DNA of 64,000 bases from a virus (lineage: Duplodnaviria; Heunggongvirae; Uroviricota; Caudoviricetes), in the IMG/VR virus record IMGVR_UViG_2925891887_000001. One strand, 5' to 3'. The position numbers and the translations under genes were made by a program. How positions within the stretch are numbered: the first letter of the stretch is position 1; each line of letters starts with the position of its first letter. The notes under the pieces are model-generated. The model had not been told where the DNA came from. It ran no database searches and was given only the letters and a program-made list of their open reading frames with translations. Below are positions 9,763-16,448 of the stretch, one piece after another.

Positions 9763-10182
9763 ATGTTTAGTGAAATGTTGCTTGAAGATGAACTGGATCG
9801 GAAAACAACAGAGGCTTTGATTCGTGTAGCGGACGAACATTCCCGGTCGCTTATGAGCGATCGAGAGGCTCGTCTGGCTATTCGTGCCATATTCGAAACT
9901 GCGCAGGGGCTTGTTGGTACACAAGTGGGTGAAGCCATTAACATCGCCATGTCTCAGTTCAGTGAAGGCAGTAAAAAGCCTCTGTTTCCTATGCATTTGA
10001 TGCTGGCTGGTGGCACGGTGCTTTATATCTCTGTTTGTCTGGATAGCAACCAAATCAATATTCTCAACACTGTGTCAGGTAAGTGGAAAGATCCGATTGT
10101 CTGTGAAACCAGTGAAGAAACTTTGAAAAAAGCGGCTCAATTTGTACGTAGCGCACTACTTAAGGGCGCTAAGAAGTTGTAA
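9763..10182 (+). CDS. hypothetical protein (139 aa)
   Basis: ORF with an AAGGA RBS. Confidence 0.5.
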   Translation: MFSEMLLEDELDRKTTEALIRVADEHSRSLMSDREARLAIRAIFETAQGLVGTQVGEAINIAMSQFSEGSKKPLFPMHLMLAGGTVLYISVCLDSNQINILNTVSGKWKDPIVCETSEETLKKAAQFVRSALLKGAKKL

Positions 10183-10191
10183 GGAGTTCTG

Positions 10192-10749
10192 ATGACAACG
10201 ATTGTTGCAGGCATCGATATCGAGTCTACGGGACTGGATTTCCTTGCTGGTCATAAAATTATTGAAATCGCAATTACCCGCTATGAACTGGAGACACAGA
10301 GACATATTGATAGTCTGGAGATGCGTTTTAACCCTCGCAGAAACATAGATCCGAAAGCTCAAGCCGTTCATGGCATTTCATTGGAACAGCTCGCAGCTGA
10401 ACCTTTGTTGTCAAATCATGCCAGCGAAATTGGCGCTTATATGGGGGCATGTAGTGTGTGGGTTGCTCATAACGGCGAAGCATTTGATATACCATTTATT
10501 CGACACGAGTTTTCAGGGTATGGAGTAAGACTGCCAGAAGTTCCTGTTATAGATACTATGTTATCGGGATTTTGGGCCACAGAAGACGGAAAACGTCCCC
10601 GCCTTGAAGAGTTGGCCTTCTCTCTTGGCTTTATATACGATCATGCCAAAGCACATAGTGCCTTATATGACACAAACTTAATGATGCAATGCTTCTTTAA
10701 GGCACGTAATAAGTACGGATTTTTTAAATTACCCTCTGAAATTGTGTAA
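10192..10749 (+). CDS. DEDDh 3'-5' exonuclease (DnaQ/epsilon-like)
   Basis: Exo I GIDIESTGL, Exo II VAHNGEAFDIPFI, Exo III HSALYDTNL. RBS AAGGAG. Confidence 0.8.
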   Translation: MTTIVAGIDIESTGLDFLAGHKIIEIAITRYELETQRHIDSLEMRFNPRRNIDPKAQAVHGISLEQLAAEPLLSNHASEIGAYMGACSVWVAHNGEAFDIPFIRHEFSGYGVRLPEVPVIDTMLSGFWATEDGKRPRLEELAFSLGFIYDHAKAHSALYDTNLMMQCFFKARNKYGFFKLPSEIV

Positions 10750-10753
10750 AACA

Positions 10754-10794
10754 AAAGCCTACTTTAAAAAGTTTAAAGTAGGCTTTCTTTTAAA
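10754..10794 (+). terminator. intrinsic terminator
   Basis: 15-bp perfect stem AAAGCCTACTTTAAA/TTTAAAGTAGGCTTT, then CTTTT. Confidence 0.75.
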
Positions 10795-10907
10795 GAACAG
10801 TCGCCTTTCAATCATTTCCTGCCTGTATTTAATACTTTTCCGCCTGATAGGTTTAGTCAAAATGCAGCCATCGAAATGCAAATGTAACCAAACAGAAGGA
10901 GACTTAC

Positions 10908-11717
10908 ATGAGTTCGGTTGAAAATGTAATGACAAATGATGATCTGGACGAGCTGACAGCCATGTTGCAATCACTTGATGAACCGGTAAAAAAAGCTGCA
11001 CAGGTTGAAAATACTGATGATATTGACGATCTGTTGCTCGGCCTAGATGCTGGCGTAGCCATGAGTTCTGATGATGTTGCCGAAGAACTGTTCAATGAAG
11101 AAAAAGCAGGTGATTTCAGCTCTGCTTTAAATGAGTTGGAGTTAGCGCATGAGCCTATAAACGTAATTAACGCTGAAAGTGTTGAAGCTGCCGAAAACGA
11201 GCCAGAACAATTGGGATTTATTGAGGTTGAAGAGTGTGTTGAGGCTAATGATGAATTAAAAGTTCAACAGTCAAATGATAGCAATACAAATAAAAAAGCG
11301 CGTACTGCAAGAGGTCCTCGTTTTACTTTAAGTGATAAAGATGATTCGTTTTTCAATAAAGCGGGCTTAGAAAAAGATATTTTCTTAGACGCTTACGATA
11401 ACGCGCCTGTCAAAGCAAAGGATAAGATATTAAACCTTCTTAATTGGTTTAGCGGAGGTCCAGATATTAGTGTTTACACGGTAATTTCCATGAGACACCT
11501 TCTCACAGAAAAGAAGGCAACAAGTAATAGTATTAAGATTGCTTTAATGAGCAATCCAGAAAAACCGTATCCGCTTAATACTGCGTCAACTCAGGCTGGG
11601 CAAATGATGGCTGTATTTCCAGCGACAGGAATTGCCGTTAGAGACGGTGGAAATCTAACATTGAACGAAGAATCACCGATCGTTAAGAAGTTTGTCGCGG
11701 AGTACACTATTGGATGA
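10908..11717 (+). CDS. hypothetical protein with highly acidic N-terminal half (269 aa)
   Basis: RBS AAGGAG. The first roughly 120 aa are dominated by D/E. Confidence 0.55.
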   Translation: MSSVENVMTNDDLDELTAMLQSLDEPVKKAAQVENTDDIDDLLLGLDAGVAMSSDDVAEELFNEEKAGDFSSALNELELAHEPINVINAESVEAAENEPEQLGFIEVEECVEANDELKVQQSNDSNTNKKARTARGPRFTLSDKDDSFFNKAGLEKDIFLDAYDNAPVKAKDKILNLLNWFSGGPDISVYTVISMRHLLTEKKATSNSIKIALMSNPEKPYPLNTASTQAGQMMAVFPATGIAVRDGGNLTLNEESPIVKKFVAEYTIG

Positions 11718-11869
11718 CGTTCCCCTACTTAAAATAAAGCCCATAGAGAGCTTTATAGTACTGGGTAAGCCAATCACATACCCAGCACCACAAAAACGCG
11801 CCAGAGAGCTTCTCGTTTGCATTTCTGGCGTGTTTTATTTGATTGCCAGACATAAAATCAAATGCAAAA

Positions 11870-11889
11870 ATAGGTATATACTTACCTAT
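11870..11889. repeat. GTAAGTA-type palindrome (ATAGGTATATACTTACCTAT)
   Basis: Arms ATAGGTA/TACCTAT, ending 12 nt upstream of the methyltransferase ATG. Confidence 0.75.
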
Positions 11890-11900
11890 CGAGAAAGAAG

Positions 11901-12494
11901 ATGATTGCAGCCGAAAAAATCAAACAGCGAAAGCGCGACAACTCTCTTCGTGACCTCTGGAGAACACCTGACTGGCTGTTTTCTGCCATTCAACGTTATC
12001 TTGGAGTGACATTTGATGTTGACGTTGCCTGCAACAAGGACAATGCAAAGCTGCCTAATTTCATAGGCGTTGAGCGTGATGCTTTGAAATCTGAATGGGG
12101 ACAGCCAGGTACAATTGCCTTCCTCAATCCACCCTACTCCAAAATCTACCCCTGGATTGATGCGGCTATACGTGAGCAGGCTCGCGGAGTTACAACAGTG
12201 ATGCTAATTCCTCAATCCCTCGATACAAAGTGGTATGAGCGTGCAACAGAGTGTGCGAATGAGACGATTATTCTGTCTGGTGGCCGCGTAGCGTTTGTCG
12301 AGCCTGACGTAAATCTGGGTCAGGTAGAAGTAAACATCAACCCAGGTGGCAGTATGCTCGTTGTTTTTCGAGGATTCTGTCAGGACGCTGGGCACTCTAT
12401 AAGCAAGATCCCTTTGGACGTCATGAAAAGTCTGGGAGGGTATGATCCTGCGAATGTGATCAGGAAAAAAAGACCATCAAAGAAGGCTGCTTAG
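11901..12494 (+). CDS. phage Dam-type DNA N6-adenine methyltransferase
   Basis: WRTPDWLF near the N-terminus and catalytic FLNPPYS, about 197 aa, as in phage N6A methyltransferase (Dam) family proteins. Confidence 0.8.
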   Translation: MIAAEKIKQRKRDNSLRDLWRTPDWLFSAIQRYLGVTFDVDVACNKDNAKLPNFIGVERDALKSEWGQPGTIAFLNPPYSKIYPWIDAAIREQARGVTTVMLIPQSLDTKWYERATECANETIILSGGRVAFVEPDVNLGQVEVNINPGGSMLVVFRGFCQDAGHSISKIPLDVMKSLGGYDPANVIRKKRPSKKAA

Positions 12495-12499
12495 TTTGT

Positions 12500-12596
12500 T
12501 CTGGTGTCTGTAATTAGCCTGCTTCTGTATATATAAATAACTACATATTAATTATTAATATACGGAAGAAGGCTGTTTTGTATCAGAGACTCCAGA
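12500..12596. repeat. large AT-rich imperfect palindrome, copy 1
   Basis: Outer arms TCTGGTGTCT/AGAGACTCCAGA. Inner arms AGCCTGCTTCTGTATATAT.../...ATATACGGAAGAAGGCT. The 23-nt core CCTGCTTCTGTATATATAAATAA is identical to 39079-39101. Confidence 0.85.
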
Positions 12597-12679
12597 CCTG
12601 AACATCACTACAGAATCCACTAGAACCCCTTCCCAGACGCTTTAAAATCGATTTTATGAACCACTTTAAGGAAACCAAC

Positions 12680-12910
12680 ATGTCATACCCGACTAATGTC
12701 GTTGCGCTCGTAGAGAGCGATTTTCTGGCCCAGGCTCGTGAAATGATGAAAGATCGTGAGCAGGCTTTCAACTTGTACGAATGGGCAATTAAGTGCTTGC
12801 ATCTTGGCGAGCATCGCGAACTTGTTGAACAGCTTTTAGGTGAGTTGATCAATGAGGTGTTTGCCTTGAATGTTCAACTACATGGTAGAGAAAATAATCA
12901 ACCACAATGA
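12680..12910 (+). CDS. hypothetical protein (76 aa)
   Basis: ATG 12680 is preceded by AAGGAAACC. The listed start at 12656 lacks an RBS. Confidence 0.45.
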   Translation: MSYPTNVVALVESDFLAQAREMMKDREQAFNLYEWAIKCLHLGEHRELVEQLLGELINEVFALNVQLHGRENNQPQ

Positions 12911-13405
12911 TAGATAAGTACAAACTATTCATAAAGTGAATTGTAAGTGCTAAGATCTGATAGTTTCCAGTCGTAGACTGGAGACTCGACCTGATGGGTG
13001 GGGGTAAGCGTCACTGGCGTCAGGTTTAAAAAAGCTCACTACCAGCGTAGAACTGGTGCCGTTTAGGTGTCGGGGAAGGGGGAACCAAAGTGAGCAGAGA
13101 CAAGGGTCACTTTATGATTGTCGAGTCTGGGGTGTTTCGAGAGGTTGAATCCAGTACTCCCCTTCATAAAGTGTGGGAAGATCTCGGTTCTGGGGTGCTG
13201 TCATCCATAACTTCCCAAGTCTAAGCTGGCAGTAGACTTAGACCATAACTTTTCAGGTTATGAAACGACCAGGTTGGTGAGAGATTTTTATACTCACCTC
13301 CCTGGGAGAGTATTACCTGAAAAGACAACCTCTCACTTCGTTCGAGGTGAACTTCACTCACTTCGTTCGTTCAGTTCAGGTTTATAAAAACCTGTTCTGG
13401 GAAGT
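12911..13405 (+). other. highly structured non-coding region (candidate ncRNA or origin)
   Basis: No credible ORF. At least nine hairpins or long-range helices readable by eye, including GACTCGAC 12983-12990 with GTCGAGTC 13120-13127. Two diverged tandem units are marked by TTCATAAAGTG (12928, 13163) and AAGATCT (12952, 13178). Confidence 0.4.
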
Positions 13406-13430
13406 AATTTGTTTATTTTAATAATTATTA

Positions 13431-13455
13431 ACACGCACGCGTGTGCGCACGCGCG
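13431..13455. other. 25-nt perfectly alternating purine-pyrimidine GC-rich tract after an AT-rich block
   Basis: ACACGCACGCGTGTGCGCACGCGCG read directly. It is preceded by GTAATTTGTTTATTTTAATAATTATTAA. Confidence 0.9.
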
Positions 13456-13492
13456 AAGAAAAATCGGCGCGGCGCTTGATTCAGGAGTTTAT

Positions 13493-14083
13493 ATGACGAC
13501 GAAGACACCAGCCCGATCGCAAGCAAAAACTCGCAAAAAAGCCAAAAACAAAAATTCCCCCCGCACCAATCCCACAACGCCTGTCGTAGAGTTCAATCCC
13601 CAGCTTAAAACCGTGAAAATCTTTAGTGATGGCTCTTGCCTTAAAAATCCGGGTGGCCCGGGCGGTTACGGTATCGTTCTCCAGTATCGTGGTGAGGAAC
13701 GCGAGTTCTCAGATGGTTTTCATAGCACCACCAATAACCGCATGGAGATGATGGGGGCACTTATCGGGCTGGAGCGTTTGAAATATCCATGCAACGTTAT
13801 TTTGCACTCTGATAGCCAGTATCTGAAAAACGGCATGACACAGTGGATGAAATGGTGGAAACGCAATGGATGGATGACTTCTGACAAAAAACCGGTAAAG
13901 AATGTTGATCTGTGGAAGCGTCTGGATGAGGCCGCAAGTCGACATAATGTTCGCTGGAAGTGGGTTAAAGGTCACGCCGGGCATCGTGAAAATGAAATAT
14001 GTGATCGACTCGCGAAGATCGCAGCTTTTTCAGCAGCAGATATGCCTCACAAGAAAGATATTGGTTTTGTTTATAATAAATAG
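13493..14083 (+). CDS. rnhA: ribonuclease HI with a basic N-terminal extension of about 40 aa
   Basis: From [20 protein letters not shown]...TTNNRMEMM...DSQY...KPVKNVDLW...[18 protein letters not shown] the protein is collinear with E. coli RNase HI as I recall it. ATG 13493 follows CAGGAG. Confidence 0.9.
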   Translation: MTTKTPARSQAKTRKKAKNKNSPRTNPTTPVVEFNPQLKTVKIFSDGSCLKNPGGPGGYGIVLQYRGEEREFSDGFHSTTNNRMEMMGALIGLERLKYPCNVILHSDSQYLKNGMTQWMKWWKRNGWMTSDKKPVKNVDLWKRLDEAASRHNVRWKWVKGHAGHRENEICDRLAKIAAFSAADMPHKKDIGFVYNK

Positions 14084-14231
14084 TAAGTAAGTGTTTACCT
14101 ATCATTTTAAATCATGTATCTTATCGGCGTCAGGATGACAATGTGTCGGTAAGACACAGTTCCAGGATGGAACGAGAAAGGCGGCTGGCAATCGCCAGCC
14201 GCAACTCTTTCTGACACTGGATGGAGTCCAC

Positions 14232-14726
14232 ATGGCACGTCAAACCTATTTCACTTCTGTAACTAAACGCCCTCGTTCTTTACGTCAAATTTTGGCCGAA
14301 TTATTTAGCGGTCGTGTTATGTCACGCCTTGAAGAACTAGAGACTACCGTTCGGTTGCTGAATGAACGTTTAGATAATCAAGCGTCAGTTGTTGCGAACG
14401 TGGGGGCGATTGTTGCCTCTGGCTCTTCACGCGAAGCGAAAAATGCACGGCCTTTAGTGAAGGAGAAAAACAACAAGGACAGTTCGAATGGAAAATTTTC
14501 AAAGAAAGAGGCTGAAACCAATGGCCTACGTTCTCATTATAGTTTCACTGGCGACGGTAGCCGTTCCAGCCGGTCAGAGCCTTTTGATGCCGGATTCATC
14601 CACCACCACACCTTCGTCGACGACAATTATCACCACTCCAGTGGAGCGTCCTGTCACTCTGGATGGGATGGCGGTGGATGCGATACCTCAAGTTCATCCA
14701 GTTACTCAGGATCATGCTGTGACTAA
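14232..14726 (+). CDS. hypothetical protein, C-terminus rich in Ser/Gly/Cys/His (164 aa)
   Basis: ORF with a GGAG RBS. The tail reads SGASCHSGWDGGGCDTSSSSSYSGSCCD. Confidence 0.4.
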   Translation: MARQTYFTSVTKRPRSLRQILAELFSGRVMSRLEELETTVRLLNERLDNQASVVANVGAIVASGSSREAKNARPLVKEKNNKDSSNGKFSKKEAETNGLRSHYSFTGDGSRSSRSEPFDAGFIHHHTFVDDNYHHSSGASCHSGWDGGGCDTSSSSSYSGSCCD

Positions 14727-14739
14727 GGCGGTTGTATGA
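14521..14739 (+). CDS. alternative-frame ORF: small N-terminally anchored Thr/Pro-rich protein (72 aa)
   Basis: MAYVLIIVSLATVAVPAG hydrophobic start. AGAGG lies 10 nt upstream. Its stop overlaps the next ATG (ATGA at 14736-14739). It overlaps ORF 14232-14726 in another frame. Confidence 0.25.
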   Translation: MAYVLIIVSLATVAVPAGQSLLMPDSSTTTPSSTTIITTPVERPVTLDGMAVDAIPQVHPVTQDHAVTKAVV

Positions 14740-14924
14740 ACTGGTTTTCAAATCACTTTGGAAAAATTTGGCTGGCAATTCTTGCCCTCATGGCCGCCGG
14801 TTGGGTATCGAACATTATAAAACTTGTTTGCTCTGGCGATCTCCAGTTTCAGGCTGGCATGACCTTGGCTCGTGTAGTTGGGATTTTTGTTTTTCCAGTT
14901 GGTTCGGTACTTGGTTATTTCTGA
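14736..14924 (+). CDS. small membrane protein (62 aa, 2 predicted TM segments)
   Basis: Hydrophobic stretches IWLAILALMAAGWV and VVGIFVFPVGSVLGYF. Confidence 0.5.
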   Translation: MNWFSNHFGKIWLAILALMAAGWVSNIIKLVCSGDLQFQAGMTLARVVGIFVFPVGSVLGYF

Positions 14925-14967
14925 CGGCTGTTAGTGCATATGCATTGACCATCTCTGCGTAAGCAAT

Positions 14968-14994
14968 TTATGTAATTAGAAAACAACTTGTTTT
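14968..14994 (+). promoter_or_regulatory. promoter/operator cassette
   Basis: TGTAAT -10-like hexamer, then AGAAAACAACTTGTTTT (perfect 15-nt palindrome 14980-14994). Leader AAAGGAAAACACATG. Confidence 0.5.
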
Positions 14995-15017
14995 GACAAA
15001 TAATAAAAGGAAAACAC

Positions 15018-15443
15018 ATGTTAGGTTTCTTCAAAAAGAAAACTCGTAAAGCTGTTATCGAAGTCAAAAAAATGGAGAACCGTGATGCGGTTGAGGCCAC
15101 CGTGTGGGGCGCGTACATGATCTCCTATGCCGACGGCACATGTGACGCAAAAGAAATTGCCATTCTTGAGAAGACAATTGCAGCTCTGCCTGCGTTTTCT
15201 CCGTTTGCTGGTGAAATTGCCCAAATGAGCGCCAATATCCGTGCTCGTTACGAAGCGTCCCCTCGTTCTGCTAATGCACAGGCTATTCGTGAGCTGTCTG
15301 ATATTGCGGGTACTCCAGAGGCGGTCGATGTTCTGTGTCTGTGCCTTGATATTGCCGATCAGGACGGCATTGGTGAACAAGAAGAGCAGGCACTGAAAAA
15401 GATCGCCCAGGCGCTTCAGTTGTCACTGGATGCTTATCTCTAA
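15018..15443 (+). CDS. TerB-like (tellurite-resistance TerB fold) protein
   Basis: Two ADG-x-D/E-xxE repeats (YADGTCDAKEIAILEK and ADQDGIGEQEEQALKKIA), typical of the TerB family. Confidence 0.55.
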   Translation: MLGFFKKKTRKAVIEVKKMENRDAVEATVWGAYMISYADGTCDAKEIAILEKTIAALPAFSPFAGEIAQMSANIRARYEASPRSANAQAIRELSDIAGTPEAVDVLCLCLDIADQDGIGEQEEQALKKIAQALQLSLDAYL

Positions 15444-15601
15444 TGCTTGAGAGATTCCGGCTTGTGATCGTCATTGCTCTTCTGGTGATGGCGGTGTTGG
15501 TGGATTTTACGGGAAAGATGATGTCTGTCATTTCTGATGGCGTCCTCATTGGTCTGGCGATCTACTTCGCTTATCCGCTAGTCCGTAAAGCAACGTGTTA
15601 A
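15443..15601 (+). CDS. small membrane protein (52 aa), below the ORF-track cutoff
   Basis: TAATG overlap with the upstream stop. Translates to MLERFRLVIVIALLVMAVLVDF...GVLIGLAIYFAYPLV with two hydrophobic segments. A terminator follows directly. Confidence 0.45.
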   Translation: MLERFRLVIVIALLVMAVLVDFTGKMMSVISDGVLIGLAIYFAYPLVRKATC

Positions 15602-15604
15602 TGA

Positions 15605-15630
15605 CAAGGGCCAAATGGCCCTTGTGTTTC
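15605..15630 (+). terminator. intrinsic terminator
   Basis: CAAGGGCC/GGCCCTTG stem, AAAT loop, TGTTTC tail. Confidence 0.7.
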
Positions 15631-15690
15631 GTTGACCGAAATAGAGAGTTTGCACCTTTACGTTTAGCTTGCTCCCCTTTTATGCCACAT

Positions 15691-15722
15691 CACAATAAAG
15701 CCAATAAGAAAACAACTTGTTT
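15691..15722 (+). promoter_or_regulatory. promoter/operator cassette
   Basis: CACAATAAAGCCAATAAGAAAACAACTTGTTTA. Leader TAGGAAAAACACATG. Confidence 0.5.
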
Positions 15723-15740
15723 AAGCATTAGGAAAAACAC

Positions 15741-16307
15741 ATGTGCAAGAAATGCAAAGCGATAGCTGATGAACAAAACGCCTTATTCGAAGAAATGGAT
15801 GCTAATGAACTGGTCAAAATGTTAGCCATTCTTCGAGGAATAGAAGACGTTTCCATATTTGAGAGAGTGGTTACAGCACTTAATTTTGAGTCCACCTTTG
15901 AAGAGCCAACTCAGGTTGTAGCTTTAGCACATCATTTCGGTGTTCATTATCTTGCTGAAAAAGAGAGAGCTGATAAGTTGCAAGCGACTTTGGATATGGT
16001 GAGCGAGACTCCAGGACCTCATGACGGTAACAAAAGTGAGACGATTATTGCCAGCAAAGATCGTGAAATTGCCGGGCTTAAATCCTCTCTAACGATGTTG
16101 ATGTCTGCAATTAACCTTATGTCTTCTAAAGCAGGTTATAAAATGCCATCACTAAACAGCGACGATCCGATGGCCGTTCGCCAGCTTTTAGGTGCAATGG
16201 CCGACCAGCTCGAAGACACAAAGAGTCGCCTTGAAGACATGATGCGGGAGCTCACGCATCGCCATGACTTGAATAAGCAGCCGCACAAAACGCAATACGC
16301 ACTCTAA
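15741..16307 (+). CDS. hypothetical coiled-coil protein (188 aa)
   Basis: ORF downstream of a cassette, followed by a terminator. Confidence 0.55.
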   Translation: MCKKCKAIADEQNALFEEMDANELVKMLAILRGIEDVSIFERVVTALNFESTFEEPTQVVALAHHFGVHYLAEKERADKLQATLDMVSETPGPHDGNKSETIIASKDREIAGLKSSLTMLMSAINLMSSKAGYKMPSLNSDDPMAVRQLLGAMADQLEDTKSRLEDMMRELTHRHDLNKQPHKTQYAL

Positions 16308-16324
16308 TACAGCACCAGTCGACA

Positions 16325-16346
16325 GGGGGCGACAGCCCCCATTTTT
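16325..16346 (+). terminator. intrinsic terminator
   Basis: GGGGGC/GCCCCC stem, GACA loop, ATTTTT tail. Confidence 0.75.
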
Positions 16347-16401
16347 ACGCCTTAAATCTGCTGTAACGCCTATGAATGCAGCTTTTATGCCTTTTCAAGT
16401 T

Positions 16402-16436
16402 TGCGATAATTACACCAATCAGAAAACAAATTATTT
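16402..16436 (+). promoter_or_regulatory. promoter/operator cassette
   Basis: Extended -10 TGCGATAAT (16402-16410), then AGAAAACAAATTATTT (16421-16436). Confidence 0.55.
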
Positions 16437-16448
16437 AATGGTGTAATT

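Noticed and set aside
9415-10053. 212-aa minus-strand ORF
   Set aside because: It is antisense to two well-supported plus-strand genes, spans their intergenic region, and has no RBS.
13143-13152. GGTTGAATCC resembling a tRNA T-loop
   Set aside because: I could not fold flanking sequence into T-stem, acceptor or anticodon arms. No tRNA is called anywhere in the window.
13409-13492. Upstream extension of the RNase H ORF ([18 protein letters not shown]...)
   Set aside because: It runs through the AT-rich block and the alternating Pu-Py tract. The ATG at 13493 has a CAGGAG RBS.
14232-14739. Rz/Rz1-type embedded spanin pair, or a microcin B17-like RiPP precursor
   Set aside because: The outer ORF has no N-terminal TM segment, and the inner ORF has no lipobox Cys. 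No heterocyclase, dehydrogenase or export genes lie nearby. The dual-frame observation is kept only as a low-interest finding.
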